Shown here piece after piece: positions 36,145-45,213 of a stretch of DNA of 64,000 bases. The notes under the pieces were generated by a model, which saw only the letters and a list, made by a program, of their open reading frames with translations, did no database searches and was not told where the DNA came from. Position 1 is the stretch's first letter. Every line of letters begins with the position of its first letter. The position numbers and the translations under genes were made by a program. Where the stretch lies: positions 17,722 through 81,721 of the forward strand of contig CAZDHX010000004.1 in assembly GCA_964505425.1 (NCBI GenBank), given 5' to 3'. The DNA is from an uncultured Dehalococcoidales bacterium. GTDB lineage: Bacteria > Chloroflexota > Dehalococcoidia > Dehalococcoidales > BS750m-G39.

Positions 36145-37224
36145 ATGTCAAGATCAAGTTATGTCCCCAGTGGGGCAAATATCAAGGTTATCGGGTTGGG
36201 TGGTGCTGGTTGTAATGCCATCACCCGGATGGTCCGGGAGCAGATACGCGGCGTCGAGTTCATTGCCATGAATACTGACGCCCAGCATCTGGCAGTTACC
36301 GAAGCTGCGGTACGCATCCAGCTTGGTGAGCAGTCTACCCGTGGTCTGGGTGCCGGTGGTGACCATCTGGTAGGCAAGAAGGCTGCTGAGGAGAGCATTG
36401 AGCAGATTAAGCAGGCTGTTGCCGGAGCAGATATGACGTTCATCACCGCCGGCATGGGAGGCGGTACCGGCACCGGCTCAGCGCCAGTGGTGGCTGAGGC
36501 TGTCAAGCTAACTGGTGCCCTCAATATTGCCGTGGTCACCTGCCCCTTTGATTTTGAGGGAAACCACCGCAACGAGGTTGCTGAGAAAGGGGTTATGGAG
36601 CTGATGGAGAAGGTGGACACCCTGGTTATTATCCCTAACGACCGTCTGTTCGACCTCTGCGATCAGAGGTTGGGTGTTGATGGCGCCTTCAGGATGGCTG
36701 ATGATATCCTCTGCCATGCGGTGCAGGCAATCGCCGAGGTGGTCACTGTCCCCGGGCTCATTAACCTTGACTTTGCCGATATCAGAACGGTGATGAAAAA
36801 CGCTGGTCCGGCATGGATGTCTATCGGTCGGGGTTCAGGGACGAACCGGGCAATAGATGCCGCCAAAGATGCCCTGTCTAGCCCACTCCTGGATGTATCT
36901 ATGGAAGGGGCAAAGGGGGTCTTATTCAATGTCGCCGGTGGTAGCGATCTCTCCCTGTATGAGGTTAACGATGCCGCTGAGGTTATCCGGCAAGCGGTTG
37001 ACCCGGATGCGATTGTCATCTTTGGGGTTGTCCTTGACCAGCACATGGGCAATGATATCAGGCTGACCCTCGTCGCTACCGGCTTTGCTTCCAAGGATTC
37101 TCTTTCTGGCGTATCCTGGGAGAGTCGGATGATGAGGACCCTTAAGGGAGTGAAAAGCGAGGAGGAGCTGGGGATTCCCGCCTTCATGCGGTACCGGCGT
37201 GTTCTCCCCGGACAAAAGACTTAA
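36145..37224 (+). CDS. ftsZ: Cell division protein FtsZ
   Basis: Motifs GLGGAGCNA, GMGGGTGTGSAPV and NLDFADI. Confidence 0.95.
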   Translation: MSRSSYVPSGANIKVIGLGGAGCNAITRMVREQIRGVEFIAMNTDAQHLAVTEAAVRIQLGEQSTRGLGAGGDHLVGKKAAEESIEQIKQAVAGADMTFITAGMGGGTGTGSAPVVAEAVKLTGALNIAVVTCPFDFEGNHRNEVAEKGVMELMEKVDTLVIIPNDRLFDLCDQRLGVDGAFRMADDILCHAVQAIAEVVTVPGLINLDFADIRTVMKNAGPAWMSIGRGSGTNRAIDAAKDALSSPLLDVSMEGAKGVLFNVAGGSDLSLYEVNDAAEVIRQAVDPDAIVIFGVVLDQHMGNDIRLTLVATGFASKDSLSGVSWESRMMRTLKGVKSEEELGIPAFMRYRRVLPGQKT

Positions 37225-37253
37225 CGTAAGAAATTATGCATCGCCCCCACTCT

Positions 37254-37290
37254 AAGCTACCGCTGGTTTTTTAACCAGCGGTAGCTTTTA
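37254..37290 (+). terminator. Rho-independent terminator after ftsZ
   Basis: 15-bp arms aagctaccgctggtt / aaccagcggtagctt with loop tttt and a trailing TTT. Confidence 0.8.
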
Positions 37291-37291
37291 C

Positions 37292-37320
37292 TTGACTACA
37301 CAACCCGACCCTCCTATGAT
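37292..37320 (+). promoter_or_regulatory. Sigma-70-type promoter for the ACT-like gene
   Basis: TTGACT (37292-97), a 17-nt spacer, then TATGAT (37315-20). Confidence 0.5.
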
Positions 37321-37366
37321 AAGCTAAGATAAATCAAGCGGAATTTCTTAATAGGAGGTACATGCC

Positions 37367-37792
37367 ATGGAAGGCCCCATACAGCGTATTGAGCGTGTTG
37401 AATACTACTATACTGTGGTTCCCGACAAGGCTGGGGCGGGTGCTAAGGTTTTCAATGAGCTTAAGGCACAACATGTCAACCTGCTTGCTTTCAATGGTTT
37501 CCCGTTGAGCGAGCAGCGTAGTCAGCTTGACCTCGTGCCGTCCAGCGGAGCTGCCCTCGTGGCAGCAGCAAAAAAGGCAGGAATCAAGCTGGTGGGTCCA
37601 AAGGTTGCTTTCCTAATCTCGGAGTGGGAGCACATAGGTGCTGTCGCCGATATACTTAACGAACTAGGACAAGCCGGGGTCAACGTCACCGCCATGCAAG
37701 CCATCGAAACCGGCGACTGGCGTTATGGAGCTATCCTCTGGGTTAAGCCAGGCGACATCGACAAAGCTTCTCAGGCATTGGGTATCTCTTAA
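37367..37792 (+). CDS. ACT-domain-like small-molecule-binding protein (tentative)
   Basis: 141 aa with two beta-alpha-beta-like halves (YYYTVVPDKAGAGAKVFNELK.., FLISEWEHIGAVADILNELGQAGVNV). RBS GGAGGT. Confidence 0.45.
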   Translation: MEGPIQRIERVEYYYTVVPDKAGAGAKVFNELKAQHVNLLAFNGFPLSEQRSQLDLVPSSGAALVAAAKKAGIKLVGPKVAFLISEWEHIGAVADILNELGQAGVNVTAMQAIETGDWRYGAILWVKPGDIDKASQALGIS

Positions 37793-37806
37793 TCTGAGGA
37801 GTTAGC

Positions 37807-37882
37807 TGGTAGGCCGTACAGGTCTCGAACCTGTGACACCCTGATTAAAAGTCAGGTGCTCTGCCAACTGAGCTAACGGCCC
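37807..37882 (-). tRNA. tRNA-Lys (anticodon UUU), CCA encoded
   Basis: Reverse complement gggccgt-ta-gctc...gagc-a-cctga-cttttaa-tcagg-gtgtc-acagg-ttcgaga-cctgt-acggcct-a-cca. 76 nt. Confidence 0.9.
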
Positions 37883-37963
37883 CTAGATTTAATTAGTTTA
37901 GCAAATCTAAGCCCCCCGTGCAACCAAGACAAGGCTAGACTCTCCCCCCATGTCCACTATATA

Positions 37964-38533
37964 ATGGGGAATATGATGGAGAGACAAGCCAGGGAAGTTA
38001 CCATTAACCAGGCAAGGTTAGCCATAGTCCAGGGGGATATTACCAAGCAGGCTACCGATGCCATAGTTAATGCGGCTAATTCCGGGCTGATGGGCGGGGG
38101 CGGTGTTGACGGCGCCATCCACCGCGCTGGAGGTCCGGCTATCCTGGAGGAGTGCCAGCAGATTGTGGCCAGTCAGGGACGCCTGCCTACCGGTAAGGCG
38201 GTCATCACCACCGGAGGAAACCTGAGGGCAAAACATGTTATTCACACCGTTGGGCCTGTCTGGCAGGGAGGGAATAAGGGTGAAGTAGCTCTGCTGGCGA
38301 GCGCCTATAAAGAGAGCCTGAAGCTGGCAGCCACCCATAACCTGACCAGTGTCTCCTTTCCCTCAATAAGCACCGGTGCCTATGGCTATCCGCTAGCTGA
38401 GGCGGCAGGGGTGGCACTTAAAGCCGTAGTCTCATTTCTCGGAGAGGTCACCTCGGTAAGGGAGGTGGTCTTTGTCCTCTTTGACTCCAGGACCTATGAG
38501 GCTTACTCCTCCGCCCTTGGGGAAGTGGCATGA
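37964..38533 (+). CDS. Macro domain protein (O-acetyl-ADP-ribose deacetylase, YmdB-like)
   Basis: Motifs IVNAANSGLMGGGGVDGAIHRAGG and ISTGAYGYP. Confidence 0.85.
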   Translation: MGNMMERQAREVTINQARLAIVQGDITKQATDAIVNAANSGLMGGGGVDGAIHRAGGPAILEECQQIVASQGRLPTGKAVITTGGNLRAKHVIHTVGPVWQGGNKGEVALLASAYKESLKLAATHNLTSVSFPSISTGAYGYPLAEAAGVALKAVVSFLGEVTSVREVVFVLFDSRTYEAYSSALGEVA

Positions 38534-38985
38534 GGATAGGGGTAATCTCTGACACTCATGTAACCTCGCTCGCCGAAATTCCGGAGCGGATACTGGCGGT
38601 GCTAGCCAAGGTGGACTTGATAGTCCATACCGGAGATTTTGTGGCTAAGGGTGTACTCGAAGGACTAAAGCGGCTTGGAGAGGTAAAAGCGGTGCGGGGT
38701 AACATGGATTCCGAGGAGCTTAAGCGTATTCTCCCGGAAAAGGAACTGCTTGAGATAGAGGGAAAAAGAATCGGCATTATCCATGGCTGGGGCGCTCCCT
38801 ACGGCATAGAGGATAGGGTAGGGGGAATGTTTGAAGACGTTGATATTATTATCTTCGGGCACTCTCATGAGGCAAAGAATGAGGTAAAGAATGGTACCCT
38901 TTTCTTTAATCCCGGCCGGGCGAGAGACTCCTTCGGCGTTTTAACCATTGGTGAAGAGGTCAGGGGGGAAATAATAAGCCTGTAA
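38530..38985 (+). CDS. YfcE/MJ0936-family metallophosphoesterase
   Basis: Motifs ISDTH, HTGDF, GNMD and FGHSH. Its start overlaps the macro-domain stop (ATGA). Confidence 0.85.
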   Translation: MRIGVISDTHVTSLAEIPERILAVLAKVDLIVHTGDFVAKGVLEGLKRLGEVKAVRGNMDSEELKRILPEKELLEIEGKRIGIIHGWGAPYGIEDRVGGMFEDVDIIIFGHSHEAKNEVKNGTLFFNPGRARDSFGVLTIGEEVRGEIISL

Positions 38986-39002
38986 GTTATTAAGGGGGTT
39001 AT

Positions 39003-39566
39003 ATGAGATATAGAGGCTTTGGTCTGACTGCGGTCTGGATTTTAATCGGCATAAACCTGCTACTGTTTGTCGCTACCTCTGTTAATAGAGACCTTCTCTT
39101 CCTCCTTGGACTCTACCCGGCAGGCTTTTTAGGTAGACCGTGGACTCTGGTGACCAACATGTTTGTCCACGCTGGTATATGGCATATCTTAGCCAACATG
39201 ATAACCCTGTTCTTCTTCGGGAGTTTCCTCTGCCGTTTGATCGGGTCAAAAAATTTCCTTATCACCTACTTTGGCGGGGGGATACTGGGGGGTATTTTGT
39301 ATCTCCTTCTTGGCAATCCCTATACCGTGGCCGTAGGCGCTTCGGGGGCTGTTTATGCCCTGGCGGGGGCATTGGTGGTGATGATGCCCAATTTAAGAGT
39401 CCTGGTGTACTTTATCGTCCCGATGCGCCTGTGGATGGTGATTTTGGTCTTTTTTGTTCTCTGGTCTTTTATACCTGGCGTCGCCTGGCAGGCTCATCTT
39501 GGCGGCCTCGTCTTTGGGCTGATTATGGGCTTTTTCTTCCGAAGGAGGGGACGCTATTACTACTAA
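39003..39566 (+). CDS. Rhomboid-family intramembrane serine protease
   Basis: Six predicted TM segments, GASGAVYALAG (catalytic Ser) and AHLGG (His). 187 aa. Confidence 0.85.
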   Translation: MRYRGFGLTAVWILIGINLLLFVATSVNRDLLFLLGLYPAGFLGRPWTLVTNMFVHAGIWHILANMITLFFFGSFLCRLIGSKNFLITYFGGGILGGILYLLLGNPYTVAVGASGAVYALAGALVVMMPNLRVLVYFIVPMRLWMVILVFFVLWSFIPGVAWQAHLGGLVFGLIMGFFFRRRGRYYY

Positions 39567-39614
39567 GCTGAACAAACTGTAATCTAGCGCTAAGCACTGG
39601 CTACTGGCTACTAG

Positions 39615-40478
39615 TCACTTCCAGCCGAGATCGCGCAGTATCTCGGTTACCGTTTTGCTGCGGTTTAGGGTATAAAAGTGGAAGTAGCGGACGCCGTTCT
39701 GCCATAGGTCCTGGCACTGATTGACGGCAAAGTCCACGCCAATCCGCTGGGCTTCATCAGCCGAAGCTGCCTTCTCCATTGGCCCGACAAGGGACGGCGG
39801 TAGGGTGGCGCCAGACATCTGGCTGAAGCGCTTTATCTTCTCAATGTCAGTGACGGGCATAATGCCCGGTATTATGGGAATGTTGATGCCCGCCTTTTCC
39901 GCCCGCTCCAGGAAATCGTAGAAGAAGTGGGTGTCAAAGAACATCTGGGTGATGGCAAAGTCAGCCCCGGCGTCAATTTTCTGCTTGGTGTAGAACATAT
40001 CCCTTCCCAGGCTTGGCGACTCCTTATGCCCTTCGGGATATACCGCCACCCCGATAGAGTAGCCGCCGACGGAGACGGCTAATTTTACCAGGTCAATGGC
40101 ATAGCAGAAGCCATCCTTAGGGGTAATGAATTTTTCGGCGCCCTTGGGCGGGTCCCCCCTGAGGGCGAGGATATTCTCAACGCCCTGCCCCTTATAGCCC
40201 TCCAAAATATCTTTTAGCTCGCCCGCGCTCTGGTCAACACAGGTGAGGTGGGGCAGGGGGGTGAGGGAGGTCTCCCTCTTCAGACGCGCCACCACATTGC
40301 TGGTATTTTTCAGGGTGCCGCCACCAGCGCCGTAGGTTACCGAGACAAAGGTGGGCTTTAGCGCCTCCAGCTTGGCTATCGTCTCAAAGAGCCGACCTTC
40401 GTCCTCGCTGGTCTTAGGCGGGAAGAACTCAAAGGAGACGTGCCTTCCCGGCTGCGCAATAAGCTCCTTTATCCTCAC
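39615..40478 (-). CDS. metF: Methylenetetrahydrofolate reductase
   Basis: Motifs VSFEFFPPKT, VTYGAGG, HLTC and LALRGDPP. GTG start overlaps the sod stop by 1 nt. No metV is adjacent. Confidence 0.9.
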   Translation of the reverse strand: MRIKELIAQPGRHVSFEFFPPKTSEDEGRLFETIAKLEALKPTFVSVTYGAGGGTLKNTSNVVARLKRETSLTPLPHLTCVDQSAGELKDILEGYKGQGVENILALRGDPPKGAEKFITPKDGFCYAIDLVKLAVSVGGYSIGVAVYPEGHKESPSLGRDMFYTKQKIDAGADFAITQMFFDTHFFYDFLERAEKAGINIPIIPGIMPVTDIEKIKRFSQMSGATLPPSLVGPMEKAASADEAQRIGVDFAVNQCQDLWQNGVRYFHFYTLNRSKTVTEILRDLGWK

Positions 40479-41056
40479 TACTTCACCCGACTCTCCACCA
40501 CCTTCCAGTTTACGTTCTTGAAAAAGGCAGCGATGTAGTCAGCTCGCTTCAGCCCGTAATCAGTCATGAAGGCATGCTCAAAGACATCCATTACCAGGAT
40601 GGGGCGACAGCCAGCCAGATGCCCAACCTCGTGCTCGTTAATCCACTGGTTAAAAAGCCAGCCGCTCACATTATCCTGGTAGAGTATCACCCAACCGATG
40701 CCGCGCATCGCTCCGGTAGCCCTGAAATCCTGCTCCCAGGCGTCGTAGCTGCCACAGGCATCAGCCAGCTTTTTGGCCGAAGCCCCGGACTTATCCAGGG
40801 GCGTCTTACCCCCCAGGTTTTCAAAGTAGTATTCGTGGAGGCGCATACCGTTGAACTCAAAACCAAAGCGGCGTTTAAGCTCAGAGTATTCCGGGGTGCC
40901 TGTCTTGCCCTCTTTAAGCATACCGGTGAGCAAGTCAGAGAGCTTGTTAGTATTGGTCACGTAGCCCTGGTAGAGGGTAAAGTGATTGGTGAGTAAGGTC
41001 TGGCTGAAGCCCTCCATTCCGATAAGACTAGTATAGTCCTTTGCCGAGTAGGTCAT
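40478..41056 (-). CDS. Fe/Mn superoxide dismutase family protein (atypical N-terminal motif)
   Basis: C-terminal DVFEHAF (Asp and His ligands) and LHEYYF (His ligand). The N-terminal helix reads NHFTLYQGYV instead of the canonical HHxKHHxxYV. Confidence 0.8.
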   Translation of the reverse strand: MTYSAKDYTSLIGMEGFSQTLLTNHFTLYQGYVTNTNKLSDLLTGMLKEGKTGTPEYSELKRRFGFEFNGMRLHEYYFENLGGKTPLDKSGASAKKLADACGSYDAWEQDFRATGAMRGIGWVILYQDNVSGWLFNQWINEHEVGHLAGCRPILVMDVFEHAFMTDYGLKRADYIAAFFKNVNWKVVESRVK

Positions 41057-41057
41057 T

Positions 41058-41744
41058 TTACCTCCTCCTTTCCTTTTTTTGTTCTCCCATCCTCACCAGC
41101 ACCTTGCTCAGAAATCCCTGTTCACCCAGCCAACTGCCGATGATAGAGGCTAGCGCCATTAAGCCATAAATGCAAAAAGAAGCAATGGGGCTGATAAAGG
41201 AAACGCCCATGGCAAGCAGAAAAAAGAAGGCGCTAATGAGAAACATAAACTTGGTACGCCTCACCAGCTTGGGGTCAATGTCCCTATCCACCAGGCGGTA
41301 TCTGCCGGTGGCGTATGCCCAGAGGGTAAAGCCCATGATAAGGCAGAGGAGGATATTGGCTCCGTAGGCGACAATCGCCGTCTGCGTCTCTCCATATTCC
41401 CCAAGGAGGGATGTGGAAAAGGGTACCAGCGCCACAAACATCAGCATAATGATATTTATCCACACCAGCTTGTTGTCAGCCCGCCTGATGTGATGAGACA
41501 TGAGGTGATGGTTAATCCAGATGACGCCCAGTACCAGAAAACTCACCCCATAGGCGAGGAATTTGAGCCACATCTCAAGCAGCTTGTGGAGTAGCTCGGT
41601 ATTGGCTGAGGTTCCGGTTATCAAGGGGACACCGAGCTCCAGCACGAGGATGGTCATCACGATGGCAAACACACCGTCAGATAAGGCTTCAAGGCGACTT
41701 GTAGTAAATATACCGACTGGCTTATTACCCCTGGCTGGCTTCAT
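41058..41744 (-). CDS. TMEM175-family (DUF1211) potassium channel-like membrane protein
   Basis: Signature RLEALSDGVFAIVMTILVLEL in TM1, six predicted TM segments. 228 aa. Confidence 0.75.
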   Translation of the reverse strand: MKPARGNKPVGIFTTSRLEALSDGVFAIVMTILVLELGVPLITGTSANTELLHKLLEMWLKFLAYGVSFLVLGVIWINHHLMSHHIRRADNKLVWINIIMLMFVALVPFSTSLLGEYGETQTAIVAYGANILLCLIMGFTLWAYATGRYRLVDRDIDPKLVRRTKFMFLISAFFFLLAMGVSFISPIASFCIYGLMALASIIGSWLGEQGFLSKVLVRMGEQKKERRR

Positions 41745-41795
41745 ATCTCACTCTCCTCCGCTCGTTCACAGGGCGGATTGAGATAAACAAAAAAG

Positions 41796-41868
41796 TGGAG
41801 CCGAGGGGATTCGAACCCCTTACCTCCTGAATGCAAATCAGGCGTTCTCCCAACTGAACTACGGCCCC
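41796..41868 (-). tRNA. tRNA-Cys (anticodon GCA), CCA not encoded
   Basis: Reverse complement ggggccg-ta-gttc...gaac-g-cctga-tttgcat-tcagg-aggta-agggg-ttcgaat-cccct-cggctcc-a. 73 nt. Confidence 0.9.
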
Positions 41869-41963
41869 AAATCATACGATATTATAGCAACAAGGGGTCT
41901 CCCTTCGCAATTTGCTGAACATGGTTGGGGTGGTAAAACTGTGGAAGAGGTGCTTGGTTAGAC

Positions 41964-42040
41964 TGGCGTCCCTGGAGGGATTCGAACCCACGACCCGCTG
42001 CTTAGAAGGCAGCCGCTCTATCCAGCTGAGCTACAGGGAC
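41964..42040 (-). tRNA. tRNA-Arg (anticodon UCU), CCA encoded
   Basis: Reverse complement gtccctg-ta-gctc...gagc-g-gctgc-cttctaa-gcagc-gggtc-gtggg-ttcgaat-ccctc-cagggac-g-cca. There is one U-U mismatch in the T stem. 77 nt. Confidence 0.85.
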
Positions 42041-42140
42041 GAGCTGTCATTCCAATGTAACACGAGAGCCGAGGATAGGTCAAGATGGTTTTTTAGCTTG
42101 ACAATAGCTTTGCCGCATTGCTAGTATGAGGTTGATTTTA

Positions 42141-44018
42141 ATGCCTAGGTTATTAGATAAAGTAGATAGCCCCGCCGACTTGAAGAGACTGACAAAGCCG
42201 CAGCTTGAGCAACTGGCATCCGAACTCAGGCAGGAGCTGGTGACCAGGGTAAGTGCTAATGGCGGTCATCTGGCTTCTAATCTGGGTGTAGTTGAGCTGA
42301 CCATAGCTTTGCATCGGACGTTTGATAGCCCCCGGGACAAGATTATCTGGGACGTGGGGCATCAAAGCTACGTCCATAAACTGCTCACCGGCCGGAGAAA
42401 AGCCTTTGCCTCTCTCCGCCAGTATAGGGGACTATCAGGCTTTACCTCCCGCAGTGAGAGTGAGCATGACCCCTTTGGCACTGGTCACGCCAGCACCTCA
42501 GTCTCGGCAGCGCTTGGTATGGCTATTGCCCGTGACCTTTCCGGCGATGACTACAACGTGATTGCCGTTATCGGCGACGGGGCGATAACCGGTGGGATGG
42601 CACTTGAGGCGCTGAACCAGGCGGGGCATCTGGGCTCAAAGATTTGCCTCGTTTTGAATGATAACGGGATGTCAATCTCGCCCACCGTTGGCGCCTTTGC
42701 CAAGCTCCTGAGCCGGGTGCGGTTTGACTACCGCTACCGCTGGGCAGAGGCGGAGGGCAAGCGGCTCCTGGACTCTTTCCCCTTAGGTAAGCAGATGCAG
42801 CAAATAGGACGGCGGATTAGTAACGTATTCAAGGGGCTGATTATGCCCACCGTGCTCTGGGAGGAGCTTGGCTTTACCTATATCGGTCCTATTGATGGGC
42901 ATAACATTAGTGAGCTTGAGATAGCGCTTACCCAGGCACGTGACTACTGCCCAAAACCAGCCTTTGTCCACGTTATCACCACCAAGGGTAAGGGCTATCG
43001 TCCTGCTGAGGGTGATGCCGTTTACTTTCACGGCGTACCGCCTAAGGGCGCTGACACCGAGAAGGCGCCCGCTTATAGCGAGGTTTTCGCTCAAACGGTG
43101 CTTCGTCTGGCTCGGGAAAATCCGAAGCTGGTGGCAATTACCCCGGCAATGCCCGAGGGAAACTATTTGAGCATAGTTGCCGCCGAATTTCCAGAGCGGG
43201 TTTTTGACGTGGGAATCTGCGAGCAGCATGCGGTTACCTTTGCCGCCGGGCTGGCGACACAGGGTTTTAAGCCTGTTGTGGCCATATATTCCACCTTTTT
43301 GCAGCGTGCCTTTGACCAAGTAATACACGATGTCTGTCTCCAGGATTTGCCCGTTGTCTTTGCCATTGACCGCAGCGGCATTGTCGGTGATGATGGTAAG
43401 ACACACCAGGGGACCTTTGACATCTCTTACCTGACATTAATCCCTAATTTGATAGTAGCGGCACCCAAGGACGAGAATGAGCTCCAGCATTTGCTCCACA
43501 CTGCGGTGAGGTCAAAACACCCTATGGCAGTACGCTACCCCCGGGGCTCGGGGCTGGGTGTGAAATTAGACGCCGAGCTTCACAAGATTCCCATCGGTAA
43601 GGGAGAGATACTAAGGCATGGCAAAGACGTAGTCATATTAGCCATGGGGACTATGGTGGCTCCAGCCCTTGAAGCCGCCGAAGAGCTAGCCTCAAGCGGA
43701 ATTGAGGCTACAGTGGTTAATGCTCGCTTTGCCAAGCCACTGGACGCTGAACTTATATTAGCTCTGGCTGAAGATATTAAGCGCCTGGTCACGGTTGAGG
43801 AGAATGCCCTCAGCGGTGGCTTTGGTAGCAGCGTAGTCAGCCTTCTTAAGGAAGCCAGCGTCAGTAATATTCAGGTAAAAAGCATTGGCATCCCTGATGA
43901 GTTTGTTGACCAGGGCAGCCAAGCCATCCTCCGTTCCGGTTACGGGCTTGATGCCCCGGGAATAGCCAGCCAGGTCCTGAAACTATTCCCCAGTCACTCG
44001 TTAATTAGGGAAAAATGA
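42141..44018 (+). CDS. dxs: 1-deoxy-D-xylulose-5-phosphate synthase
   Basis: Motifs LLDKVDSPADLKRL, GGHLASNLG, DVGHQSYVHKLLTGRR and GDGAITGGMA. I prefer the ATG at 42141 over 42126. Confidence 0.9.
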   Translation: MPRLLDKVDSPADLKRLTKPQLEQLASELRQELVTRVSANGGHLASNLGVVELTIALHRTFDSPRDKIIWDVGHQSYVHKLLTGRRKAFASLRQYRGLSGFTSRSESEHDPFGTGHASTSVSAALGMAIARDLSGDDYNVIAVIGDGAITGGMALEALNQAGHLGSKICLVLNDNGMSISPTVGAFAKLLSRVRFDYRYRWAEAEGKRLLDSFPLGKQMQQIGRRISNVFKGLIMPTVLWEELGFTYIGPIDGHNISELEIALTQARDYCPKPAFVHVITTKGKGYRPAEGDAVYFHGVPPKGADTEKAPAYSEVFAQTVLRLARENPKLVAITPAMPEGNYLSIVAAEFPERVFDVGICEQHAVTFAAGLATQGFKPVVAIYSTFLQRAFDQVIHDVCLQDLPVVFAIDRSGIVGDDGKTHQGTFDISYLTLIPNLIVAAPKDENELQHLLHTAVRSKHPMAVRYPRGSGLGVKLDAELHKIPIGKGEILRHGKDVVILAMGTMVAPALEAAEELASSGIEATVVNARFAKPLDAELILALAEDIKRLVTVEENALSGGFGSSVVSLLKEASVSNIQVKSIGIPDEFVDQGSQAILRSGYGLDAPGIASQVLKLFPSHSLIREK

Positions 44019-45211
44019 ATAAGCTGACGGTCAGAGATATAGACGTTACCGGGAAAAGGGTTCTGGTCAGGGCTGACTTTAACGTCCCCTTGAATGAAAC
44101 CAGCGGGGTCATTACCGATGACAGCCGCATCCGGGCTACGCTGCCCACCATCAAATACCTTATCGAGCGGAAAGCCAGGGTTATTCTATGCTCCCATCTC
44201 GGCAGGCCAGGGGGAAAAGTTGTGGAAACGCTGCGGCTGGCTCCGGTTGCCCGGCGTCTCTCAGAGCTCCTGGGGCAGAGGGTGGAGGTTGCTCCCCACG
44301 CTAGCCTTGGACCCGAGGTGAAGAAGGAGGTAGAAAGCCTGAAGGGGGGTGACGTGCTGCTCCTGGAGAACCTCCGTTTTCAGCCCGGGGAGACCGAGAA
44401 CACTGCCTCCTTTGCTCAAGCCTTAGCCGGGCTGGCTGATATCTATGTAAACGATGCCTTTGGCGCCAGTCATCGGGCTCATGCTTCGATAGTAGGCGTG
44501 GCCAACTATCTGCCGGCGGTGGCTGGTCTTTTGCTGGAGAAAGAAATCAACGTCCTAGAGGATATTCTGGCTAAGCCGGCTCACCCCTTCGCTTTGCTTG
44601 CCGGCGGTGCCAAGGTAAGCGACAAGATTGCCGTATTTGAAAATACCCTGGACAAGGTGGACTGCCTTCTCATTGGTGGCGGCATGGCGGCTACCTTTCT
44701 GAAGGCTAAATCCTACGAAGTAGGCTCGTCACTGGTAGAGGATGATAAGCTGGGCTTTGCCGCTGGGTTGATAAAGAACGCTGCTGAGCGAGGGGTACAC
44801 TTGCTGTTGCCGGTTGATGTGGTCATCGCCGATAAAATCAGCACTGAAGCCGAGGTTAAGGTAGTACCGGTGGAAGGGATACTGCCGGGCTGGGGGATTG
44901 TTGATATAGGGCCTCAGACTATAAGTAATTTTTCTGAGGAACTGCGCCGCTGCCAGACAGTCTTCTGGAACGGGCCCATGGGTGTATATGAGATAGCCGA
45001 ATTTGCTCAGGGGACACAGGCTATGGCTAAGCTTCTGGCTAGCCTCAAGGCGACCACCGTTGTCGGCGGCGGTTCTACCGCTGAGGTTGTCACCGCCATG
45101 AAGCTGGCGGATAAGATGAGCTTTGTCTCTACCGGCGGTGGTGCTTCGCTAAGGTTTTTGGGTGGTGAGAAGTTGCCTGGTGTGGAGGTTCTACTCGAGC
45201 GGGGAGGCTGA
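44015..45211 (+). CDS. pgk: Phosphoglycerate kinase
   Basis: Motifs [25 protein letters not shown] and STGGGA. Confidence 0.95.
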   Translation: MNKLTVRDIDVTGKRVLVRADFNVPLNETSGVITDDSRIRATLPTIKYLIERKARVILCSHLGRPGGKVVETLRLAPVARRLSELLGQRVEVAPHASLGPEVKKEVESLKGGDVLLLENLRFQPGETENTASFAQALAGLADIYVNDAFGASHRAHASIVGVANYLPAVAGLLLEKEINVLEDILAKPAHPFALLAGGAKVSDKIAVFENTLDKVDCLLIGGGMAATFLKAKSYEVGSSLVEDDKLGFAAGLIKNAAERGVHLLLPVDVVIADKISTEAEVKVVPVEGILPGWGIVDIGPQTISNFSEELRRCQTVFWNGPMGVYEIAEFAQGTQAMAKLLASLKATTVVGGGSTAEVVTAMKLADKMSFVSTGGGASLRFLGGEKLPGVEVLLERGG

Positions 45212-45213
45212 CT

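Noticed and set aside
39586-39606. Short tandem ctggcta-ctggcta repeat downstream of the rhomboid gene
   Set aside because: It is only two copies of 7 nt in a convergent intergenic spacer, with no further structure. I consider it trivial.
41912-42124. 70-aa plus-strand ORF
   Set aside because: It is antisense to tRNA-Arg (41964..42040) and spans intergenic DNA. No RBS is present.
42098-42127. TTGACA-18 nt-TAGTAT promoter-like element upstream of dxs
   Set aside because: The -10 box overlaps the first ATG (42126) and would leave only a leader of about 7 nt without an SD before the preferred ATG at 42141. It is possible (near-leaderless) but too uncertain to list as a feature.
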